Shown piece after piece: positions 1-8,398 of a stretch of DNA of 64,000 nucleotides. The notes beneath the pieces were generated by a model that was not told the origin of the DNA, did no database searches, and saw only the letters and a program-made list of their open reading frames with translations. This DNA comes from Herbaspirillum sp. (GTDB lineage Bacteria; Pseudomonadota; Gammaproteobacteria; Burkholderiales; Burkholderiaceae_D). The stretch covers positions 7,766 through 71,765 of the forward strand of contig NZ_JAGIBI010000012.1 in the NCBI RefSeq assembly GCF_017744395.1. The letters run 5' to 3'. A program made the translations under genes and the position numbers. Position 1 is the first letter of the stretch. Every line of letters starts with the position of its first letter.

Positions 1-226
1 GCAACCGCTTACAAGGGGTAGCTGGTATTTCAGCGCCGGCGGCATGACGCGGGTCGTCATCATCAATTTCATCGGACGGGTCCGTATTTGCAATCCCGCC
101 AGGGACAACAATTGCGGCAGCGGCTGAACCGCTTTTCCCGATCCGGCCGCGCAGCCGGGCCGGCGCCAAAGCCGTGTATATTGACGGGCATCCGGCGGCA
201 ATACCGCCCCATCCTTACTGCATCCC

Positions 227-1348
227 ATGACCCAGACAGAAGACCCGCTCTACCAACTCGACGTCGGCAACGACCACCAGGCCATGGCGCTGGCGCTGAT
301 CCAGGCCGGTTTCGGCATGCTCAACACCACGCCCAATCCGCGCGTGGGCTGCGTGATCGTCAAGGAGCGCCGCGTCATCGGCGCCGGCTTCACCCAGCCG
401 CCCGGCGGCAACCACGCCGAGATCCAGGCGCTGGCCGATGCTAGCGCCCGCGGCCAGGACGTGCGCGGCGCCACCGTCTACGTCACGCTGGAACCCTGCA
501 GCCACTTCGGCCGCACCCCGCCCTGCGCCGATGCGCTGGTGCGCGCCGGCGTGGCCCGCGTGGTGGCCGCCATCACCGACCCCAACCCTCTGGTGGCCGG
601 CCAGGGCCTGGCCAAGCTGCAGGCGGCCGGCATCGAGGTCGCCTGCGGCGTGCTGGAAGAAGACGCGCGCGAAATCAACATCGGCTTCCTGACGCGCATG
701 CGCACCGGCCTGCCCTGGGTACGCATGAAAAGCGCCGCCAGCCTGGACGGCAAGACCGCCCTGCACAATGGCAAGAGCCAGTGGATCACCAGCCAGGAAG
801 CGCGCGACGATGGCCATATCTGGCGCGCCCGCGCCTGCGCCATCATGGCCGGCATCGGCACCATCGCCAAGGACGACGCCCAACTCACCGTGCGCGCCAT
901 CGACACGCCGCGCCAGCCGCGCCGCATCGTGGTCGACAGCAAGCTCGTCGTTTCGCCGCAGGCGCGCGTGATCCAGGGCGGCGGCACCTGGATCTTCACC
1001 GCCACCGACGACAAGCAGAAAACCGCCATGCTGGCCGACCAGGGCGCCGAAGTCATCGTGCTGCCCAACGCCGACGGCAAGGTCGACCTGCCCGCGCTGG
1101 TGCGCGAACTCGGCCAGCGCCAGATCAATGAATTGCATGTGGAAGCCGGCTCCAAGCTCAACGCCGCGCTGATCCGCGCCGGCTGCGTCGACGAACTGCT
1201 GCTCTACCTCGCGCCCAACCTGCTGGGCGAGGGCCGCAACATGTTCGACCTGCCGCCGCTGGAAGACCTGTCGGGCAAGGTCGGCCTCGACTTCTACGAG
1301 GTCAAGCAGATAGGCCCGGATTTGCGTATCCTTGCACGGTTCAATTAA
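227..1348 (+). CDS. ribD: bifunctional riboflavin deaminase/reductase
   Basis: HAE and PCSHFGRTPPC zinc-deaminase motifs, C-terminal reductase (ASLDGKTA, LHVEAG); adjacent to riboflavin synthase. Confidence 0.97.
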   Translation: MTQTEDPLYQLDVGNDHQAMALALIQAGFGMLNTTPNPRVGCVIVKERRVIGAGFTQPPGGNHAEIQALADASARGQDVRGATVYVTLEPCSHFGRTPPCADALVRAGVARVVAAITDPNPLVAGQGLAKLQAAGIEVACGVLEEDAREINIGFLTRMRTGLPWVRMKSAASLDGKTALHNGKSQWITSQEARDDGHIWRARACAIMAGIGTIAKDDAQLTVRAIDTPRQPRRIVVDSKLVVSPQARVIQGGGTWIFTATDDKQKTAMLADQGAEVIVLPNADGKVDLPALVRELGQRQINELHVEAGSKLNAALIRAGCVDELLLYLAPNLLGEGRNMFDLPPLEDLSGKVGLDFYEVKQIGPDLRILARFN

Positions 1349-1381
1349 TCAGCAAGCCAGCTCCATTACAGAGGCAACAGC

Positions 1382-2002
1382 ATGTTCACAGGTATCGTCG
1401 CCGCCGTCGGCAAAATCACTTCCGTCCAACCGCTCGCCGCCGGCCCCGACGCCGGCGTGCGCCTGACCGTCGATGCCGGCGCCCTGCCGATGGCCGACGT
1501 CGGCCTGGGCGATTCGATCGCCCTGAACGGCGCCTGCATGACCGTGGTGGAAAAAAGCGCCAGCGGCTTCACCGTCGACGTCTCGCGCGAAAGCCTGAAC
1601 CTCACCGCCGGCCTGGACGCCCCCGGCGAAGTCAACCTGGAAAAAGCCCTGACCCTGGCCGAGCGCCTGGGCGGCCACCTGGTCTCGGGCCACGTCGACG
1701 GCCTGGGCCGGGTGCATTCCTTCGAACCGGTCGGCGAATCGCGCGAACTGATCGTCGACGCCCCCAAGTCGCTGGGCAAGTACCTCGCCTACAAGGGCTC
1801 GATCGTGGTCAACGGCGTTTCGCTGACGGTCAACCGCGTCGAAGACCTGGCCGATGCCTGCCGCTTCTCGATCAACCTGATCCCGCATACCGTGGAAGTG
1901 ACCACGCTCAAGCACCTGAAGGCCGGCAGCAAGGTGAACCTGGAAATCGACCTGATCGCGCGCTACGTCGAACGCATGCTCAGCGCTTCCCCCGCAGCCT
2001 GA
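1382..2002 (+). CDS. ribE: riboflavin synthase (alpha chain)
   Basis: MFTGIV N-terminus, GDSIALNGACMTV, VNLE and GGHLVSGHVDG motifs. Confidence 0.97.
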   Translation: MFTGIVAAVGKITSVQPLAAGPDAGVRLTVDAGALPMADVGLGDSIALNGACMTVVEKSASGFTVDVSRESLNLTAGLDAPGEVNLEKALTLAERLGGHLVSGHVDGLGRVHSFEPVGESRELIVDAPKSLGKYLAYKGSIVVNGVSLTVNRVEDLADACRFSINLIPHTVEVTTLKHLKAGSKVNLEIDLIARYVERMLSASPAA

Positions 2003-2035
2003 TCCTCAGTACCTGCCGGGGCACCCGCCCCGGCG

Positions 2036-2461
2036 TCACTCGCGGATCGCCGCCACCTCGGTCCGCTCCCCCTGCTGCACGATCCTCACCTGCTGGCCGG
2101 GCATGAATCCCTGCTCCGGCGTCGTAACGACGGTGGTGCCGCCGTTACTGGTCCTGACCGTCAGGTCGAACACCTGGCTGAGTTCCTGGTGCCTGCCGAC
2201 CTGGCTGCCGGCCGCCGCACCGGCGACGGCGCCGAGGATGGTCAGGGCGGTTTTCCCGTTGCCCTGCCCGAACTGGTGCCCCACCACGCCACCCGCCAGG
2301 CCGCCCACCGCGGCGCCCGCCAGGTTGGGCCGGTTCACGCTCACCAGGCGCGGCTGCACCGCCACGATCTTGCCGTAGGCGATATACACCGGCTCTTCTT
2401 TCCAACTGGCGCATCCGGCCAGCGATGAGGCGAGCAGGCATGCGGCAATGATGTTTTTCAT
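2036..2461 (-). CDS. glycine-zipper outer membrane lipoprotein (SlyB/Pcp-like)
   Basis: lipobox LAGC, GAAVGGLAGGVVG...LGAVAGAAAG zipper, GQQVRIV C-terminus. Confidence 0.85.
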   Translation of the reverse strand: MKNIIAACLLASSLAGCASWKEEPVYIAYGKIVAVQPRLVSVNRPNLAGAAVGGLAGGVVGHQFGQGNGKTALTILGAVAGAAAGSQVGRHQELSQVFDLTVRTSNGGTTVVTTPEQGFMPGQQVRIVQQGERTEVAAIRE

Positions 2462-2545
2462 GGAACTCCCGATCGGTTCGGACCGACGCTGATGTGAACG
2501 ATGGCCGGCGACGCGGGCCAGGCACAGCCCGCGCCGCCGCGGCCG

Positions 2546-3166
2546 TCAGAAGTTGTATTGCAGACCGAGGCCCAGCATGTAGGCATTGGTATCGGTCGCA
2601 TTGTCATTGGTCTTGGTGATCTTCGGATACCAATCCAGGTTCATGCGCAGATCCAGGTTGGAGGACAACTTGTAGGTGGCGCCGATGCCGAAGGTCGGAT
2701 GCAGTTGGTCGTCGGAGACATGGTAAGTGTCGTCATGCCCCGGCGCGCCGACGCGGTCGACCTTGGTATGCACGAAAGCGGCGCCGGCCTTGCCGGTCAG
2801 GGTAAACGCCTCGTTCAGGGGCAGGTAGCCGACGGCCGACAGCACCAGCGCGGTATTCTGGACCGTCAATTGGCTGACCTCGCCGCTGGTGCCGCGCACC
2901 AGGTCGTAGGTCGGTTTGCCGAAGTCGACGTAGGCCAGTTCGGCGCCGATGTGCTGGTTGAAACGATAGCCCAGCGCCAGCCCCAGGCCCAGCTTGTTGG
3001 TGCTGTCGCTGGTGATCGTGGTGGCGTGCATGGTGTTGGACGTATCGAGCGAGGTATGCGCCTGGCCGAGCGAGGCGGCGACATACAAGCCTTCGTTGGG
3101 CGCGGCCAGCGCCGATGCGGAAGTGGCGATGCAGGCGGCGGCCAGCAGGATGTGTGCAGTTTTCAT
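2546..3166 (-). CDS. OmpA-type 8-stranded outer membrane beta-barrel protein
   Basis: signal peptide, LGYRFN...AELAYVDFG, alternating beta pattern, terminal Phe (LQYNF). Confidence 0.85.
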   Translation of the reverse strand: MKTAHILLAAACIATSASALAAPNEGLYVAASLGQAHTSLDTSNTMHATTITSDSTNKLGLGLALGYRFNQHIGAELAYVDFGKPTYDLVRGTSGEVSQLTVQNTALVLSAVGYLPLNEAFTLTGKAGAAFVHTKVDRVGAPGHDDTYHVSDDQLHPTFGIGATYKLSSNLDLRMNLDWYPKITKTNDNATDTNAYMLGLGLQYNF

Positions 3167-3240
3167 TATCGAGATGCCATAGTAAGTTGAACGGGTATCC
3201 GGTTCGCGGTCAGGTTCCGGAATAGCGAACCTTGCGCGGG

Positions 3241-3278
3241 GACATCCTCCTATTCGTTGGCACCGTCAAAAAGCGGAA
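3241..3278 (-). promoter_or_regulatory. putative ECF promoter A: TTCCGCTTTTT-N11-CGAATAGGAGGATGTC
   Basis: near-identical to the motif at 6920-6957, same spacing; upstream of the OMP gene. Confidence 0.7.
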
Positions 3279-3317
3279 CAAAAAATCGCTTCTTTTTGCA
3301 AATTCCGCGCCAAGGCG

Positions 3318-3707
3318 TCATGGCGCCCGTCCGCATGCCTCGCGCAGCGACGCCACGAGCACCACATCGGGCTCGCGGTTGAGCGCATCGACCACGGCGC
3401 CGGCATTCCCGCCGGCCGGCCTCAGTTCGAACGCTCCATTCTGGTCCGGACCAAAGGCGATGCCGGTATCGAGACGGGCGAGCAGGCCGTTCAGCTTCCC
3501 CAACGGCGCATCTTCAGCGAAGGTCACAAGGATAGGATTGCAGGCCGCTGCACGCCCGCCCCCCGTCTCCGGCCGATACCAATAAGCCAGGGTGGCCAGC
3601 AGCCCGAGCAAGGCCGCCAGCGCCACCACGCACAGCATCGCCTGGGAAGAGAAAAACGATCCCGGCGGCTGCGGCCGGGAAGAAGAGAAAAAATCCTGTC
3701 GGGACAT
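3318..3707 (-). CDS. small single-TM protein whose periplasmic domain is homologous to the anti-sigma C-terminal domain
   Basis: ATG at 3707 with GGAG RBS; one TM segment; gap-free hand alignment 18/65 identical to the C-terminus of 7048-7707. Confidence 0.7.
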   Translation of the reverse strand: MSRQDFFSSSRPQPPGSFFSSQAMLCVVALAALLGLLATLAYWYRPETGGGRAAACNPILVTFAEDAPLGKLNGLLARLDTGIAFGPDQNGAFELRPAGGNAGAVVDALNREPDVVLVASLREACGRAP

Positions 3708-3742
3708 TGCGATGCTCCGGAATAAGTCGCCGTGACGCCGGT

Positions 3743-5089
3743 TTATTTGCCGGGCGCGGCCAGGCCCGGAATGGACTTGAACGACTCCAGCAGCAACTGC
3801 GCGGCCTTTTGCGGATCCTGGGCCGTGCCCAGCCCTTCGCCGGTCAGTTGCGCCAGGTCCAGCAGCGGGCGGCCGTATCCCGAACGGGACGCCACCGACA
3901 GCCATTTGTACGACTGCGCGTAATCCTGCCGCGCATACGCCAGCTCGCCCAGCAGGGTCTGAGCCGGCACATAACCGCGCAGCGCGGCGCGCTCATAGAA
4001 TTTGGCGGCCTGCCCCCGGTTCTTTTCGATGCCCTGCCCGCGATTGCCCGCCTCCAGCAACAGTCCGGCGATGCACAAGTCGCGGTCGGCGGCATTGCCC
4101 TGGCGGGCGCGCGCCATCGCCTGCGCCGCTTCGAAACGGTCCATGCGCGGCACGCCGATTTCCAGGCGGTACATCGTCTCGGCCCATTCGGCGACCGGAG
4201 TGCCGATGTAACGGTCGTCCAGTGGCAGGTCGGCGCGGTAGCTGGTCATGGCCAGGGAGCGTGCCGCGCCGCCGGCCTGCTGGGCCAGTTGCGTTTGCGG
4301 CAAGGCGCGCAGGCTCACCTTGCCCGCCTCCAGCCAGACCTGGCTGCGCAAATCGGAGTAATAACCTGGCGTCTGCTGATGGCCGGTCTGTGCGAAGACC
4401 TGGTCGGACGCGGCGCGGAAGGCATCTTCCAGCCCACGCGCGTGGGAATCGGTGAGTGCCGCCGACAAGGCGGCCGCATACGGGCCATTGCTTTTCTGCG
4501 GCCAGTCCAGCGCCTTGGTATATTCGGCGGTCGAATAAGCCACGAGCGTGCCGTCCCAAGCCTTGGGGACGATCCCCTTGTCGCCGCGTTCCAGCCCGCG
4601 GGTCTGGAACGGATTGTTGCGGCAAGCGTCGATGATGACCACCGAGATGCGCGGCTTGACCTGCGCCAGCATGCCCTTGAGGCGGTCCAGGTCGAAGCCG
4701 GATTTCTTCAGTTCTTCCTGCGAGCGCAGCGACACGTCGGTGCCCAGCAGCAGGCTCTTGCCCTCCAGCGCCGCGCCGTGTCCGGAAAAGAAGAACCAGG
4801 CGACGCCGATCTCGCGGCCCTGGATCTTGCGGATGAAATCGCCGACCGCCTTGTTCAGCCCGACGCCGTTGAGGTTGGTGCACAGTTCGCTGCGCGCCCC
4901 CAGCCGGCCGAAGGTGTCGTGCATGAGTTTGGCGTCGCGCCCGGCGTTGACCAGTTGCGCGGCATCCTTGTAATCGTTGTTGCCGATGGACAGGGCGACC
5001 TGCTCCATGCCCTGCGCCTGCGCCAGAAGCCAGCGCGGCATTCCCGCGCACAGAGCGCCGGCCCCCAGCAAGATGGCGCGGCGCTTCAT
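3743..5089 (-). CDS. caspase-like peptidase C14 with C-terminal Sel1-like repeats and probable Tat signal
   Basis: FFFSGHG and IIDACRNNPF His/Cys dyad; MKRRAILL N-terminus; helical repeats YERAALRGYVPAQTLLG and EGLGTAQDPQKAAQLL. Confidence 0.85.
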   Translation of the reverse strand: MKRRAILLGAGALCAGMPRWLLAQAQGMEQVALSIGNNDYKDAAQLVNAGRDAKLMHDTFGRLGARSELCTNLNGVGLNKAVGDFIRKIQGREIGVAWFFFSGHGAALEGKSLLLGTDVSLRSQEELKKSGFDLDRLKGMLAQVKPRISVVIIDACRNNPFQTRGLERGDKGIVPKAWDGTLVAYSTAEYTKALDWPQKSNGPYAAALSAALTDSHARGLEDAFRAASDQVFAQTGHQQTPGYYSDLRSQVWLEAGKVSLRALPQTQLAQQAGGAARSLAMTSYRADLPLDDRYIGTPVAEWAETMYRLEIGVPRMDRFEAAQAMARARQGNAADRDLCIAGLLLEAGNRGQGIEKNRGQAAKFYERAALRGYVPAQTLLGELAYARQDYAQSYKWLSVASRSGYGRPLLDLAQLTGEGLGTAQDPQKAAQLLLESFKSIPGLAAPGK

Positions 5090-5213
5090 CCGGCCCTCGC
5101 CGCGAACGATTCCAGCTTCATTGTTGTTTGCATTTTCCCTTGGAGCAGTGCCGCCGATTTTGGCAGCAGATTCTACCCGAATCCGCCGGCCCGCCCGCGC
5201 CGCCCCGGCGGTC

Positions 5214-5254
5214 AAAAAAACGGCGATGCCCTCCTGTCGAGCCGGGCATCGCCG
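5214..5254 (-). terminator. intrinsic terminator after the lipoprotein gene
   Basis: CGGCGATGCCC/GGGCATCGCCG stem followed by a U tract on the minus strand. Confidence 0.65.
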
Positions 5255-5264
5255 CCAGGAAAAA

Positions 5265-6008
5265 CTACTGCTGGGCCAGCACATTGCCCTTCTTGTCGCG
5301 CACCGCCACCTTGACGATTTCCGCCTTCACCTGGCGCGATGCCGTATCCGCTTCCTGCGCGAAGCAATAGACCACCAGCTCCAGCGCGTTATAGGTGCCG
5401 CGCAGATGCTCGATATTGCGCGCGACATCCTCGGGGACGTTGGAGAGATAACGGAACGCCTCGCCGTTGGTGAAGCTCAGGTGGTACGCGCTGTTGTCGT
5501 TGAAGTAACGGTACGCGCCGTTTTCCCACACCGAACTGTTGAGGGGGAAACCCTGCTTGTCGAAGTCGTACTTTTGCACCGGGTCGCTGAGCACGATCTT
5601 GAAGTAGCGGTTGGCGCGGGCGGCGGCGACCGAAGCGTCGATCTTCGGCTGCAGGGCCTTGAGCAGGTCGTTCTTCTGGAACTCGTCGCTGGAACGGGCA
5701 TAGTCGGCCGACACATTGCGGGCGATATCGCGGTAGTCGACCGGCATGCCCGCCAGCGCCAGGTAGGAATACATCAGCTGGTTGCCGCTTTCCAGCGCCT
5801 GGTAATTCTCCAGCGGCGTGGATTTGTCGGCCTTCTCGCGGGCATTGGCGATCACCGCCTGCTTGGCGGCTTCGGCCGCCTTGGCCGAGGTCGCATCCGC
5901 CAGTGTCGGCGCGGCGGGCGCATTCGCGGCAGGCGCCGCCTTGTCGTTGCAGCCGGCCAGGCCGGCGATGCTTGCTGCGACAGCCAGCGAATAAAGAATG
6001 TGGCGCAT
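5265..6008 (-). CDS. lipoprotein, DUF4852-like
   Basis: lipobox LAGC, Ala-rich linker, DEFQKNDLL...YDFDKQGFPL pattern recalled from this family (not searched). Confidence 0.7.
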   Translation of the reverse strand: MRHILYSLAVAASIAGLAGCNDKAAPAANAPAAPTLADATSAKAAEAAKQAVIANAREKADKSTPLENYQALESGNQLMYSYLALAGMPVDYRDIARNVSADYARSSDEFQKNDLLKALQPKIDASVAAARANRYFKIVLSDPVQKYDFDKQGFPLNSSVWENGAYRYFNDNSAYHLSFTNGEAFRYLSNVPEDVARNIEHLRGTYNALELVVYCFAQEADTASRQVKAEIVKVAVRDKKGNVLAQQ

Positions 6009-6077
6009 GGGGTTCTCCTTGATCCAGGTAATAAACATTGGGCGATGCATGGTGAAAGGCCGCGGCCGGATGGCCGA

Positions 6078-6878
6078 TCAGGCCCGCGACGACAGGTACT
6101 TGATGGCGCCGCGCCCCGCGAAGTACAGGCTGGCGAGCACGGAAAGGTAGGCGCCCAGGCCGAAGGAGACGGCGCGCAGCGCTTCCTTCATCATCCCCGA
6201 CGCCATTTCGGCCGCCATCGCCGCCGCCTGCCGGCCGCCGAACGCCAGTGCCGCGCCTTGCGCCTGCTTCAGGCCGTCCATGAGGCCGAAATAGCCGATC
6301 GCGCACACCGCCGCGATGAACAGCAACGGCAGCAGGTTGGCCAGGTGCGCCAGCGGGTTGCGCACGAAAAACGGCAGCAGGGGGCCGCACAGCGCCAGCA
6401 CCGCGAACAGGCCATAGGCGCCGCTGCCGCCGCCCGCTCCTCCCAGCGCATTCATGAAGCCGAGCGGGGAATTGAGCACGCCCAGCACTTTCCAGAACGA
6501 CAGCCCGCTGCTGTAGCCGGCCGCGATCTGCACGGTGATCGTGTTGAAGACGAACCAGCCGCACACCAGCGCGGCCATGCCGGCCAGCGTGCCCGCGCCG
6601 AAGCGCGCCACCATCTCCTTGCCCAGCGCCGCGCCCTTGTCCTTGGTCGCGCGCATCGCCGCCTCGGCCTGCTCGCGCGCCAACTGGCTTTCCGGCACGA
6701 CCTGCACCGAGGCCACGCGGCCGTCGGCGCCAAAGCCGACCTCCACCACCATGTTCACGCACGGCGCCACGTCGGATTTCCACATGCCTTCCAGCTCAAA
6801 AGGGAACTGCTGGCCGTCGATCGAGATCAGGCCGGTGCCTGCATTGGTGTCACGCACCACTTTGCCGCGCTTGTTCAT
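6078..6878 (-). CDS. membrane protein: N-terminal OB/cold-shock-like beta domain, helix, about 4 TM segments
   Basis: RGKVVRDTNAGTGLISIDGQQFPF beta-rich start; hydrophobic C-terminal half; GGAG RBS before ATG 6878. Confidence 0.7.
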   Translation of the reverse strand: MNKRGKVVRDTNAGTGLISIDGQQFPFELEGMWKSDVAPCVNMVVEVGFGADGRVASVQVVPESQLAREQAEAAMRATKDKGAALGKEMVARFGAGTLAGMAALVCGWFVFNTITVQIAAGYSSGLSFWKVLGVLNSPLGFMNALGGAGGGSGAYGLFAVLALCGPLLPFFVRNPLAHLANLLPLLFIAAVCAIGYFGLMDGLKQAQGAALAFGGRQAAAMAAEMASGMMKEALRAVSFGLGAYLSVLASLYFAGRGAIKYLSSRA

Positions 6879-6919
6879 ATGCACTCCGTCGTAGGGTTGG
6901 GCGCCCGGGATCGGACGCC

Positions 6920-6957
6920 GACACCCTCCTATTCGAAGCGACGGCGAAAAAGCGGAA
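6920..6957 (-). promoter_or_regulatory. putative ECF promoter B: TTCCGCTTTTT-N11-CGAATAGGAGGGTGTC
   Basis: matches 3241-3278; lies just downstream of a terminator, with an AT-rich upstream tract. Confidence 0.7.
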
Positions 6958-6988
6958 AGGAATTTTTAAATTTATTTTGTGACGCCGG

Positions 6989-7021
6989 AAAATAAAAAAC
7001 CCGACGCACCGACGTCGGGTT
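6989..7021 (-). terminator. intrinsic terminator of the sigma/anti-sigma operon
   Basis: AACCCGACG/CGTCGGGTT stem plus U tract on the minus strand. Confidence 0.7.
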
Positions 7022-7047
7022 CTGTTCTATTGGAATGATCCTGTCGA

Positions 7048-7707
7048 TCAGGGCCGATCCCTGCCGCGCAGATCCATCGCATGCACCTCCGTGACCAGCG
7101 ATGACGCTTGCAGGCGCTGTATCGCCTGCGCCAGCGATCCCTCGGTGACCACCACCTGGTAGGTGCCGTCGGCCGCCGGGCCGCTGCGGATGCGCAGGTG
7201 CATCTCCGCCAATTGCTCGCGCAGGCCGCCCAGCGCGGCATCGTCGCGGAACCTGACCAGCAGCACGCCCTCTTCTCCCTGCCCGGCGGGCTCCACCGCC
7301 CGATAGCCGTCGTCGGGAATGCCGTCGCGCTCGAACAGGTGGCGCGCCTGGAAAGCCGCCGTCACGCACAGCATGACCACCGCGGCCACCGCCCAGCGGC
7401 TGCCGTTGCTGGCCGGGGTCGACACCAGCCGGCGCCACCAGCCGGCCAGGCGGCCGCCGGCCGCGCCGCGCCGCGCCTGTTCGGCCTCCAGCGCCAGGCG
7501 GATCTGTTCGAACGACACCAGCGGCTTGCGCTCCTGCTCCAACCCTTCCCGCGCCAGGCGCACCAGTTCGCGCTCGGCATCGACTTCAGCCTGCAGTTCC
7601 GGATGGCGCGACAGCATGTCCTCCATCCAGGCGGCTTCCTCGGGGTCGAGCTTGTCGCAGGCGAACTGGAAGCAATGCGCCCGGAAACGGTTCAGGTCAT
7701 CGCTCAT
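7048..7707 (-). CDS. anti-sigma factor (cytoplasmic helical domain, TM, periplasmic domain)
   Basis: ATGA overlap with the ECF sigma stop; KLDPEEAAWMEDML N-terminal anti-sigma-like helix; single TM. Confidence 0.8.
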   Translation of the reverse strand: MSDDLNRFRAHCFQFACDKLDPEEAAWMEDMLSRHPELQAEVDAERELVRLAREGLEQERKPLVSFEQIRLALEAEQARRGAAGGRLAGWWRRLVSTPASNGSRWAVAAVVMLCVTAAFQARHLFERDGIPDDGYRAVEPAGQGEEGVLLVRFRDDAALGGLREQLAEMHLRIRSGPAADGTYQVVVTEGSLAQAIQRLQASSLVTEVHAMDLRGRDRP

Positions 7708-8396
7708 TTCATGCCTCCTTTGCCGAGACGCCCCAGCTTCGCGGTAATGCAGCCCTTCATCCGCTCCGCCGCCTTGCGTACCCACTTGCGCACCTGCTCG
7801 TCGTTAAGGTCCTGGTAACGCGGCGATTGCGCCGACAGGATGTCTTTCATCTGCTTGTAGTTCAACTCGTTTTCCAGCGACAGCTTCATCGCCAGGCGGT
7901 AATTCGGCCCCTTTCCCTTGGGCAGGCGCTCGATGCACTGGGCGATGGCCTGTTGCACCTGCTTGGCCTCCAGCTCTTCCTCCGGCCCCGGCAAATTGCA
8001 GGCGAAACCATCCAGGCCTGACAGTTCGCCTTGTTCGTCGTCATCCCTGCCATGCTTCTCGATATCGACGATCTTTTCCTGTTGGCTATAGAACCGGCGC
8101 AATTCGTCGATGGCGCACTGCTCGCCGATCTTCTTGGCCCAGGTCTTCACCGAGGCCAGCTTCGGATCGTAAGTATGCGCGGTCATGAAAATCTTGAGCC
8201 AGGCATTCTGCAACGCAGCCTGCGCCACATCTTCGTTGAACATGACCTGCGTGAGCACATGCCGTTCCAGGCCCTTCACCAGGTATTCATAGAACTCGCG
8301 CTGCGCCGCCTGCACGCCGCGGTCAGCCGGATTCCTGGACGCGAACAGCTTCAGCAGGCGCGCCAGTTCCTCGTTGTTATTCACGTTATCCGCCAC
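7704..8396 (-). CDS. ECF sigma factor (divergent)
   Basis: region 2 LQNAWLKIF...YDPKLASVKTW...AIDELRR; region 4 CIERLP...LNYKQMKDIL; GTG start at 8396 inferred. Confidence 0.85.
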   Translation of the reverse strand: MADNVNNNEELARLLKLFASRNPADRGVQAAQREFYEYLVKGLERHVLTQVMFNEDVAQAALQNAWLKIFMTAHTYDPKLASVKTWAKKIGEQCAIDELRRFYSQQEKIVDIEKHGRDDDEQGELSGLDGFACNLPGPEEELEAKQVQQAIAQCIERLPKGKGPNYRLAMKLSLENELNYKQMKDILSAQSPRYQDLNDEQVRKWVRKAAERMKGCITAKLGRLGKGGMK

Positions 8397-8398
8397 AG

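Noticed and set aside
1-72. Possible start of a minus-strand gene running off the window edge
   Set aside because: Too short to identify or support
3707-6995. Long plus-strand ORFs (535 aa, 672 aa) and similar antisense ORFs throughout the window
   Set aside because: Shadow frames typical of high-GC coding DNA; they lie opposite well-supported genes
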